From Dimorphilus gyrociliatus (taxonomy: Eukaryota > Animalia > Annelida), in assembly GCA_904063045.1 (NCBI GenBank), contig CAJFCJ010000007.1, positions 3,665,404 through 3,729,403 of the forward strand: DNA of 64,000 nucleotides, written 5' to 3'. The position numbers were made by a program, and so were the translations under genes. The stretch's first letter is position 1, and the number at the start of each line of letters is the position of its first letter. Under the pieces are notes generated by a model that saw nothing but the letters and a program-made list of their open reading frames with translations, was not told the origin of the DNA and did no database searches. Positions 41,810 through 51,800 of this stretch are shown in pieces.

Positions 41810-42850
41810 TAGCAGCATCATTTTTCATGGTACAGGAGATTGTGTAATTCTAAATGATGCTGAGAAATGGAACTTGGAAATCCCTTTACTCTTTTCTATC
41901 AAATATAAAACATCAATAATACTATCAAACATGGAAGAATTAGGTCAATACTTGTAAACATACCAATTATTATCGGCTTATCTTGATATGGCTCTAAATG
42001 AGTTTTGTGAAATGAAACAAAAGACAAACAATATATTCTACTCCATGTTGGAAGAGATATTGTAAAAACTCGATAATTTGCCAAGAAAAGTCGAAAAATG
42101 TTCCCAATAGCTTTCCTTACCCCTCCCTCCTACATATTTGACATTTATCTTTTCCATTACAAATTTGTTTCGTATTGCTTTTACAAAATTAACAACATCT
42201 GCCATATAGGAAAGTTCCACTTGGCCATATAGCTAAAAAAAAAGTTATAGATAAAATGTGTAGTTTATTTTATGGAGTTAACGAAAAAAGGCAAACTATC
42301 TGTTTTTACAGTAAGCCTTTGTAATTTAACAGTTCATTTCACCGTATACTCGCATGTTTTCCTACTTGGTATTGAATATTCAAATCTATTTATATATTAT
42401 GTTGAATATACTCGTTCTATCCCATAAACGTTTTATTATATTTCCGTTTCTTACTCTAAATCTTTTTTTCAAGTGATAAACATGGAATACTTAAGCGATG
42501 ATTACTATGTAAAGAGCTTGTAATATACTCTAAAATGGCAATTAGATACGCTTTTTCCTCTTAATTGTGACATTTAAATTAAAAAATCGATAATTAAGTT
42601 TCAAATATATGAAATGAGAAAAAACACTATCAAGGCACGCATTATATGACCTTTTGACCTTAAAATGTTGATTTCAACGACCCTTAGTTGAACAATTAAA
42701 GACTTTTGGTATCTCGTCTACCAATTGATAATTATTCAAACATTTAATTTTACCAGATGAATCCAAACAATCCCTGTAATCCTTTTTTTAATTTCTATAG
42801 GAATTTTAATCCTAATCTATAATCTATGACCATATATAGATGTATAAATA
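41810..42850 (-). pseudogene. Decayed copy of the 3' part of the mosaic receptor gene (source about 48881-50110), same orientation as the source
   Basis: Matching blocks, e.g. tagcagcatcattttt (41810) vs 48881; ctacatatttgacattt...aggaaagttccacttgg (42120-42224) vs 49228-49322; acaattgataattattcaaacatttaatttt (42721) vs 49984. Has stops, frameshifts and deletions. Confidence 0.85.
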
Positions 42851-42863
42851 TATCTATATATAT

Positions 42864-43059
42864 CAGAGTCGTGTTGAAGTATCCTTTGAAATAGCCCACT
42901 ATGCGGCTAAGAGGCTGATGATATGAGTGTTTTGAAATAATTAAAGCCTGTAAATTAACTCACAAAGTTAGACTATATCAAGCTCCTTCCAGTGAATTAT
43001 ATGGAAAAGTTGGAGAAGTCCGACAAAATGGAGACACACCATTCTATCCAAGATCTCCG
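42864..43059 (+). pseudogene. Decayed GMDS fragment (third copy)
   Basis: Aligns to 47073-47276 and reads QSRVEVSFEIA...[38 protein letters not shown] with a frameshift/deletion and a stop. Confidence 0.88.
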
Positions 43060-43109
43060 GCAGGTTAGCCAAGATATTTGCGTCTTAGACAGTCGCGCTG
43101 AGATATGTT

Positions 43110-43770
43110 GGAGAGACCGTTACTTATATTATAAAGTGGACGAGTCTACAATCCTTGAGCTTGGGGATGTCCTAAGCGCAAGCCTGAGACATATTTTCGA
43201 ATATATCGGCTTGACATTGGTTTTAACTAATCTATTTGCAAGCAAAGGAAAATAACTATCTATTTAACATTTTTTATAAAGTTTAATGTGTGAAAGAGAA
43301 ATTTATAATCAAACTATTTAATGTTGCCTACTCTAAAATAATAGAAAATCTAATTCCTCAAAGCTAATTGGCTGAAATAATTCTTAGCAATTGACATAAC
43401 TAAAGACTATCTCACATATAGAAATCGTTTTCAAATGAAACAATTTAAACAAAGTTATAGTTTCAAAGTGTTTTCTAAATAGATAAATAAATGATTATTT
43501 CATTTTCACTTGAGATAACATTTCATATGAGAAGTTCCTTAACGAATTTTCGCTCAATTATGAAGGTTAACGATTTACCTATGTTAATGTAAACTCCAAC
43601 GCCTTATCAACTCATCTCTTATACCGTTTAATTATAATTAGGTTGCATATTATTCGCCTTCCTTTATATACTGTATTTTAGTAATGATAAACGTTCTAAT
43701 CATAGTTAGACTCCTCAACTTGAGAATACAAAAGTAGACTAGAATCAAGGAACATATCTAAATAATGCAA
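43110..43770 (-). repeat. Decayed inverted copy of the GMDS1/SDR intergenic (shared promoter) region about 39620-40310
   Basis: Reverse-complement matches include tagactcgtcc (40271 vs 43138-43148), gacatcccc, ttatttaaagttgcctactct, taaatagataaataaatgaatatttcatttt and ttcctttatatact. Confidence 0.8.
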
Positions 43771-43965
43771 GTGAGATTATCTTGGATTTAAGCACTGAGA
43801 TAACATACTAATATATACACGAATGTCAGATGCAAATGATTAAAAAAAATAGCCCTAATCGGTACTCACTATGAACATGTAATGAAAAAAAAAAGACAGC
43901 TGGCTATAATTCTATACATCTCTTAATGACAAAGCCTGCATGATTCACGATTCAATCGATTGTTC

Positions 43966-44395
43966 AAAACGATTGGAAAATGCTCGTTGAAATAGGAAAG
44001 ATATTGTTAATTTTTTAATACTAAACAACTAATTCTTATATATATTTAATTGTATATAACGACAAAAATAATAAACTTCTTACCGTTATTCATCGCTCAA
44101 ATATTACTGGGTAGTTAATGAATAAAAATCCAAATTTCCAACGTATGCTTAATTGATCTTTTTAATTTAACAAGCGTAGGGAATGTGTTTTTTCGTAAAA
44201 CAATAAAAGATTAATCGAACGCCGAAAATTATCTTCAAAATATAATCTAATTAGTTGGTACGGTTCCAAAAAAATTACCAAAATTTATTATCCTTGTTGT
44301 ATCTTGTTGTCATGGAAACCCCTCAATAAATTTCTGTTCACTTTGCAAATTTTCAGACTGCAAAGAATATTTATGTTCACATTAACTATTTAATG
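43966..44395 (-). repeat. Inverted copy of the PPP1R42 promoter and non-coding exon (source about 17100-17531), X-box retained
   Basis: Colinear reverse-complement match that includes the donor (cttaccgt) and the X-box GTTGTCATGGAAAC at 44306-44319. Roughly 75-85% identity by eye. Confidence 0.85.
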
Positions 44396-44699
44396 AAACA
44401 GAGGGTAGCGTCTATTATTTTCTGTTTATTCCAATCAATGAAACGTTAAATAAAGAGAGCCATGACAACACACCAACGCTTTCAGCTACTGTGAAGGTTC
44501 TTCTTAAGATTGAAAATACCAGGATATGGATTATCTGATTCAAAAATAACTATTTACTGATAAACACCCATGTATTTGGGCCAAACTATTTGCATTACAA
44601 ATTCATAATTCATATCCAAACACAGGCTCATAATTATCACTTTAGGCAAAGAATAGATTCTCGTAACTATATCAATCATGTTCCTAATGTTAGCGATTT

Positions 44700-45066
44700 A
44701 GTTTGTAAAAGTATTGCCTTCAGATTCAGTACTACTCACCACAAACAATCAGTTGGATGAAACGCCTATGTGGGTCATGTTGAATCCAACAAATTTGAAT
44801 CTATTCTTTTGAAAGATAAGTGTAAAAGTCTTATTGAAACTCGACTTTTAACTATACAAGATATTATTGGTAATAAGTCATTAACAAAACTGAAAGTTGT
44901 CTGAATTTTCAACTTAGGGAAGCTAAATTCAACGTTTTAAGGATATATGAAAGCTTATTACATGCTTTGGTTGAATATTTCTCATTTTATGTATGTTGAA
45001 ATTCTATTTTAGTTATATTTCCAAATGGAACTTTATTAAAAGATGAGCAATGTCAATTTAGAAAAA
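44700..45066 (+). pseudogene. Decayed inverted fragment of the mosaic receptor gene
   Basis: 45020-45066 (ccaaatggaactttattaaaagatgagcaatgtcaattt, PNGTLLKDEQCQF) matches the CPSGTFLKDGRCQFC exon near 49290-49325. Weaker similarity upstream (SIAFRFSTTHH vs TLAFRLVTTTH). Confidence 0.55.
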
Positions 45067-45077
45067 CTTCTGTTTTG

Positions 45078-45297
45078 TACTTTTTCTCATTTTAATGCTT
45101 CAAGATGTTACGGCATTTCACGGCTTCTTCAGGAGTTATTTAGGGTAGAATATCTAAAAATGTCTTTGCTTCCTCTTGTACCGATATCGTTGATTTGTAA
45201 ACCATAAAGCATAGTTCCGGCTTAGAGACTTTGTAGTTACTTGTGTCCTCAACATATCCCTGGATGTTTAGGTGTAATTTTGTAATTTTTCTCTTCT
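45078..45297 (-). pseudogene. Decayed inverted copy of the 3' end of the SDR oxidoreductase gene
   Basis: Reads ...YKVSKPELCFMVYKSTISVQEEAKTFLDILP*ITPEEAVKCRNI versus the intact [44 protein letters not shown]. Premature TAA at 45140-45142 plus a frameshift; 3'UTR similarity at 45078-45100. Confidence 0.9.
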
Positions 45298-45305
45298 TAG
45301 CAATA

Positions 45306-45430
45306 CATTTTGAAAAGAGTGTGAAGCATCTATGCTATTTAAATCTTTCATCGGCTTCAGTAACGAAAACTATGGACAATTACAGAGGTTTATCTAATTC
45401 CAACTTAATTCGCATTCTAGACTTATTAGT
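45306..45430 (+). pseudogene. Decayed VIRMA fragment (source about 36210-36362)
   Basis: HFEKSVKHL...GLSNSNLIRILDLLV versus VIRMA HILKRVCWQL...GLSNSNLVRVLDLLV, with an internal deletion. Confidence 0.88.
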
Positions 45431-45440
45431 AAACCAGGTG

Positions 45441-45510
45441 GAGTTATTCTTTCTGCATGGAATGAACTAGAATGAAGCCTGATGCCATGAATAGTCTGTG
45501 ATAATGGAGA
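45441..45510 (-). pseudogene. Decayed GMDS fragment (fourth copy; source about 39025-39091)
   Basis: gagttattct...aatgaactagaa...gatgccatg...ctgtgataatg matches GMDS1 and reads IHGIRLHSSSFHAERIT versus [17 protein letters not shown]. Confidence 0.8.
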
Positions 45511-45527
45511 TAGGTTGTATTCTTTGA

Positions 45528-45710
45528 GCTATCATATCAATATTCAACCTAACCATTCTTTAGTTCATTCTAAAAAGTTGAAATGTTACATTTAAACATT
45601 TGAAAAAAAAGAGTTACATTGTTAAAATCGTAGAAATGTTTTAATGAATAGCATATTTGATCATGCTGAATAGGCTATAGAAAACGATTAAAAAATACCC
45701 GTTGAAACTA
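45528..45710 (-). pseudogene. Younger inverted copy of the PPP1R42 5'UTR and first 10 codons (source 17500-17684)
   Basis: About 11 mismatches in about 183 bp by manual count. ATG GTT AGG TTG AAT ATT GAT ATG ATA GC is retained (ATG at 45556) and runs into the GMDS pseudo-fragment. Confidence 0.92.
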
Positions 45711-45763
45711 TAGATCTATTGTGAATTTTTAAAATTAAATACAGCAAAGTCTATTTTAAAGTA

Positions 45764-46670
45764 TACAAGATTCACGACTTTTCAACCTTATTGTTCTTAA
45801 GTACGGGGAAGATGCTTCAGCGAGAGGCCAAAGTTGGCTAATTTTAATGACTTTACAATTATAATTTCGACTTATTAAACATTGCGAAATTCTTCTTCTT
45901 ACAATCTAAATAAAAAAACACAATAACCATATTGCTAAATACACATAGTGAGAACTAAAGAGTCTACCAATGAACACAATAGATGACCTTATGAACTTGA
46001 AAAGTTGATGCCAACGCCCTAATTTGAACAGTTGAAGAATTTTTGTGTATCGTCTAACAATTGATAATTATTCAAGTATTTAATATTACAAGATAAACCC
46101 AAATAATATCAGTAGTCCTTTTTTATTTCTATAGGAATTTTACTTCCTTATCTAAATGATGAACTTTGCATAGAATATCGACAAGATTAGCTTAAATCTG
46201 TCGCATCGAAGACTGAATACCTTAGCGATTAAAAGTTTTTCTAGTAAAAAAAAAAATCGTTATACTTCCGTTTTGTCAATACTTAATGTTAATATTATCT
46301 GGTACAGTTTTCAAATGAGTTTGAAAAAGAGATCTTTAAATTACCTATCAATTTAATTGATTTTGCTATTGGAAAGCCAACAGATGGCAGAGTTTCATTC
46401 CTTTCCATAATGGAAAAGGTAATTTTAGATGTAATATTTTAACTATTCTAAGGCCTATATCCTAAAATAGCCTTCTTTAGGGCCAATACTCGAAAATGAT
46501 TGATCGCTTTATTGAAACTAACCGTGCACCTGTAGGCTTTACTATTCAATTCAAAATGGCCTATATAGGCGTTATCATTTGACAGATTGCTTCGTGGCAA
46601 CTAGTCGTGCACCTGTAGCAATACTATCACAGTCTAAATGGCTAATAAGAGCGTTTCTTCTGACAATAAT
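45764..46670 (-). pseudogene. Second decayed same-orientation copy of the mosaic receptor gene (source about 49600-50510), ending in an 83-bp tandem duplication
   Basis: tacaagattcac (45764) vs 49602; gtctaccaatg; ttttatttctataggaattttac; cagatggc; ccaatactcgaaaatga. CGTGCACCTGTAG is repeated at 46523 and 46606. Confidence 0.85.
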
Positions 46671-47971
46671 AGTTGTCCTGCTGTTAAGTCAAAAGTTGCC
46701 GTTATTACGGGAATAAGTGGACAAGATGGCTCTTATTTAGCCGAATTCCTGCTCGATAAGGGCTACGAGGTAACTAAAATTACTCATCGCTAATAATGAA
46801 TGCAGCTAATCTACATTATCACAGATCCATGGCATCATACGACGTTCTAGTTCATTTAATACAGGGAGAATAACTCATTTGTACGATGATCCTAAAATCC
46901 ACCAGGAAGGAAGTAAGTCCTTGAATGTTAAATATATCATTTCAATATTTATAATTCCCATTTCGACGTTAAAAAAGGAATGAAGTTACATTATGGTGAC
47001 TTAACTGATACTTCCTGTTTGATGAGGCTAATTAATGAAATTCAGCCAGACGAAATCTACAATCTTGGCGCTCAAAGTCATGTTAAAGTATCTTTTGAAA
47101 TCGCCGAATACACAGCCGACGTGGACGGTATGGGTGTACTACGTGTTTTTGAGGCGATTAGAGCCTGTAAATTGACTCAAAAGGTTAGATTCTATCAGGC
47201 TTCTTCCAGTGAGTTATATGGAAAAGTGAGAGAAATACCGCAAAATGAAGACACACCATTCTATCCAAGGTCTCCGTACGGAATAGCAAAGCAATTTGCC
47301 TTCTGGACTGTGATCAACAACAGAGAAGCTTATGGAATTCACGCTTCGAATGGTATCCTATTCAATCACGAGTCACCCAGAAGAGGAGAAACGTTCGTTA
47401 CGAGAAAGATAACAAGAGCAGTGGCGAAAATTCATCTGGGGTTGATGGAGTCATTTTCGTTAGGCAATTTGAACGCAAAGCGCGATTGGGGACACGCAAA
47501 GGATTATGTTGAAGCTATGTGGTTGATGTTACAGAAAGATAATAGTGACGATTATGTTATTGCGACGGGAGAAGTTCACAGTGTTAGAGAATTTGTTGAG
47601 GCAGCTTTCAAATTTGTTGGTAAATCTATTGAGTCAGTAGTTTTACATAGGAAAGTCGACCTTCTTTCTACTCTTTTCATATTTTAGGTGGTCAGGTGAG
47701 GGCGCTGATGAGGTTGGAAAAGAAAAGGGAACTGGCATAATAAGAGTTAACGTAAACCCGAAGTACTATAGACCAACGGAGGTTGAATACCTTCAAGGTG
47801 ATTCTACAAAAGCTAGGAGAGAATTGAACTGGAAACCAAAGTTCGATTTTGAAGTAAGTCGTAAAGGATTGCGAAAGGTTGAATACTATATGTGTTTTTT
47901 TTTGATAGGGACTAGTCGAAGATATGATGAAAAGTGATCTGGAACTGATGAGGACGAATCCTGCCGCTTAG
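46638..47971 (+). CDS. GMDS: GDP-mannose 4,6-dehydratase, copy 2
   Basis: In-frame ATG at 46638 ([35 protein letters not shown]). From 46671 it is essentially identical to copy 1, with the same four internal introns; stop at 47969-47971. Confidence 0.93.
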
Positions 47972-47983
47972 TGTCTCTGTTCA
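46671..47983 (+). repeat. Right arm of the 1313-bp near-perfect inverted repeat (partner 37918-39230); spacer 7440 bp
   Basis: See left arm: two mismatches, no indels. Confidence 0.93.
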
Positions 47984-48057
47984 AGATGATGTTTTGTTAG
48001 AAAAAATTTATATTTCTACTTTAAATTAATATAGAAACATTCCGCAAATATTTAAAT

Positions 48058-48522
48058 TTTAGAACTAAATGCAAACAGTTCAGAGCATCTGTTCTTTGCT
48101 TAAAATGTTAATTGTTAGTCTATGTTTTGGGAATGAATTACGAATTTGTTATAGAAATTGTTCTGCCCAAATATGTGGGCGTTTGTCGATAAATAATAAT
48201 TCGAATCAGATGATGCATATGTCGTTGATCTCTTTTGTCGTTGATGATCTTGTTAATATCTTGAACTAGACGACGATTTTGAAATTTTGTTTTTTTTCTG
48301 TTTTGTTTGATTGTAAGTTTTCAAGATCTTGAAGAGAATGCATCTTTAATCTAGAATAGCAATAGCTTTAGTCTGGATACATTTATGATGTATTTTCTTG
48401 TATTTTCAATCTTAACATGAAGAATTTTTAGAGTTGAAGTATACATTTCTAGGTGATCTTGATTGTCTTTATTAAGGTTCCATTAATTCGGTCAAACAGA
48501 TCAAAGAAAACGGTTTTATCTA
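48058..48522 (-). pseudogene. Decayed inverted copy of the VIRMA 3' end, continuing the GMDS inverted duplication
   Basis: gagcatctgttct, aattacgaatttgttat..aaat.gttctgcccaaa and gaatcagatgatgc match the reverse complement of 37680-37845. 48455-48522 (gttccatt.attcggtcaaaca) matches the reverse complement of about 36770-36830. Confidence 0.88.
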
Positions 48523-48584
48523 ATTTTTTAAATAATAAAATGAGAAAATATAACTACTACTGTCTGAACATTAAACATGTTGAT

Positions 48585-48663
48585 GGAAATTATTGGGTGG
48601 TTTCTATGACAACCAGATGAAATAGTGGTAATATTGTTTCGTTAGTTTATTGGAACTATGTCA
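48585..48663 (+). repeat. Third copy of the PPP1R42 X-box promoter core
   Basis: A 34-nt block (2 mismatches) containing GTTTCTATGACAAC (48600-48613) and a perfect 21-nt block TAGTTTATTGGAACTATGTCA match 17163-17240; the spacer between them has diverged. Confidence 0.85.
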
Positions 48664-48860
48664 AGAAGTGCAAATATCTTCATGGCATGAAAGAAAAATT
48701 TACAGGTAGAACAAAAATTGAAGTATTTTTTTGATGTATTGATTTGTGTAGTCATTCTATGGGTGTGGTATTGATTATTTATGAGTTATCCCATGACTCA
48801 TTAGTGCATGTGTAAAAATTCTATTATTACCTTAATATATCAGAGATAGATAAAATATGA

Positions 48861-51800
48861 TTAAATTAATGTTGATGCGATAGCAGCATCATTTTCCTGA
48901 TAAAGGGGATTGAATATCCCTACAGATTCTGAGAAAAGAGATCTTGTTAGTCCGTTTAGTTTTTTCTTCCAAGCATAGAATGCCACTAATACTATTAAAC
49001 ATAAAAGAATTAGGCCACTAGAAGTAGATACACCAATAATTAGTGACTTGTCTTCATCTGACGTTAAGCTGTTTTCGTAATTTGATTCATCTTTAGGATA
49101 TGGAGGAAAAAAGAAAAAAGAAACGATGAAAATAGTTATACTGTATACTACTCTTTTTAAGAAGAGTTTATTATAATAATTCATACTTTGACATGGAAAA
49201 TCCCAAAACGTTCCCACAGGACTTCCCCTACATATTTGACATTTTTCCTCTCCATTATAAATTTGTTTTGTGTTACTTTTACAAAATTGACACCGTCCGT
49301 CTTTTAGGAAAGTTCCACTTGGGCAAACAACTAAAAAAGTATTATAAATAATATTCGTAGTTCATTTAATATAATTGATAATAAAAGGCAAACTGTTTGT
49401 TTACCGCATGTTTTTGTATTATATAATTCCATTTCACCGTAGTCGCATGTTTTCTTAATTGGTATTGAATATTCAAATCTAATGATATTTATGTTGAACA
49501 AACTCGTTCCATTCCATAAACGATATGTTATACTTCCGTTTTTCACTCTAGTTTGAAAATCTTTTAACATCATTTCTAGATCATCCAACGTTTTAATCGA
49601 TTTACAAGATTCACAACTATTCAACAGTGTTGATGAGGAGTGTGTCGTAGTGACCAGCCGAAAGGCTAAAGTAGTCGATTTTTCAAGATATTTCAAATAT
49701 AATTTAGAATTTTGCAGCTGATCTTCAATGAGTGATAGAGTTAGACTATCTAAACTATAATTACTTTCTATAAAGTTTGTAGTAGTATACTCTAAAGTAC
49801 CATTCGTTATAAATTTCTTATCTTTGACAGCTGCATAGAAAGGTGATGAAATTAAACTTTTGAAATACATGAATTATTAAATAAATTGTCTACCAATGCA
49901 TGCAATAAATGACCATATAGGCTTAAAACGTTCATTCCAACGTCCTTTAGTTGAACAGTTAAAGATTTTTGGTATTTCGTTTAACAATTGATAATTATTC
50001 AAACATTTAATTTTGCAAGATGAACCCAAACAACTCCAGTAACCATTTTTTATTTCTATAGGAATTTTACATCCTAATCGAAATGATTGACCATATATAG
50101 AATATCGACATGTTTCTTTCAAATCTGTTACATCGATGGCTGAATAGCTCAGCGTATAATTCTTTTTCGGTGAAATAATAAATCGGTCAATGTTTGGTTT
50201 TGTCAATGATTTAATACCGATATTATCTTTTATATTTACAAACTGAGTTTCAATGAGTTTCGTACCATTTTCTTTCAAAGGTATATATCTGTCTTTTGGA
50301 CAGCCGACAGATGGCGGAGTTGTATCTATTTTGGAGAAGAGACAGGGTAATTTTAGAAGTTTATTTAAAGTATATTAAGGCCTAAACCTTAAGGTAGGCT
50401 TACCAACGACCAATACTCGAAAATGACATATTGCTTTGTTGGAAGTAGCCATGAACCTGTAGGCATTACGATTCCATACTAAATGACCTACATCCGGAGA
50501 GACATTAACATTCAAAGATTTACCAAGGGATGTCGCGCGTAAAAAGCTTTTTAAGATCGCATAATTCTTTCCTTTTTCCGTATTTATCTCTTTCGTTTCC
50601 GTTGGACAATTGATAAATTTGACTAAAATACCACGAAAATCATCATATTTTATTTGAAAGTGTGTATTAAAATGCATTTTACCTTTGTCGTCTAAACATT
50701 CAGGACAACATTGACCCTCTTTTTTAATAGACTTATCGCAGTTGAGCGGAAGGCATTTTTGAGTTTTGCACTTAGTTTCGTAGTATGAAGAATGACCGGA
50801 AGACGTACACGTACATATTGTACAATGATCAATTTTAAACATTTCACTTTGCTTATAGATATTTCCGTTATGCAAGCAGCCAAACTTTGATTTAACTCCA
50901 TCAGCGCACCTCTTTCCGCATGATGAACCTAAACAGCATTTTTGAAGAGGTGGACAATCATCATCTTTCTCGCATTCTTTATTCGAACAATTCACTTTTC
51001 CTTCAGACGGACAATTCCCAATACGATCTGTGAAGAATAATGGAAATTTAATTGATGTTCTAGTCCGTGATTTCCACTTTAGGCCTAACCTGTACAATCT
51101 TCGATTTCCTTTAACCAATATTTACCGGACGTGCAAGAACAGCTAATTCTATCTGATGAATCGGTACTGCCTGCAGGACAGGGAGAACAAACATCCGGTC
51201 CTGGTTTAGACTTGAACTCGTTTTTCTGACATTCTTTTTTTTTCATCATAAAGATTCGTATTGTTAAAAGGGAAAAACTTAATAAACTTTTTATTTTAAT
51301 AGAAAACTATAGGATTACATTATTATATTATTAACTTTTAATAGAAATCATTATTGTTTAGTGTCTCTTTTGTTATGTTTTTAGAAAATTAATAACTTAC
51401 TTATACAATTTCCGTTTCCGGATGAAGTATAACCCGGTTTACAAATACAAGATGATATTTGTTTATCAATAATTCGACCACAAACTGTATTTTGTTTTGT
51501 ACAATTTTTAACGCAAAATTTCCATGGTTTCTCTTCCCAATTAGCTTTATCAACGCATGTACTACCATCGTCCAACAGATGACGACCCCCTCTACAAGAA
51601 CAAACCTCTTCCCCTAGGACATTTTTACATATATCCGTACATTTATGATTCACACCGCACTTAGTATGCGTAACCTTTATAGAAATTTGATTAGGCCCTA
51701 TTAGATATTTTACGATAGTTTTGGTCTTTCCGGTTGAAAGGTTCAAACTTTGAATAGAGGGAGGTGTTTGCGTTGAGAAATATAATATACTTTCTCGATT

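Noticed and set aside
42992-43255. 87-aa ORF from the track as a novel gene
   Set aside because: It is an out-of-frame reading of the decayed GMDS fragment fused to the inverted promoter copy.
45243-45470. 75-aa ORF from the track
   Set aside because: It is a chance chimera of antisense psi-SDR, psi-VIRMA and antisense psi-GMDS sequence, with no evidence of an intact gene.
46671-47983. GMDS inverted duplicate as a pure assembly artefact
   Set aside because: The copies have two real mismatches, different N-termini, and homologous but diverged flanks including a VIRMA pseudogene. A collapsed or duplicated contig would not produce this. Long reads are still the definitive test.
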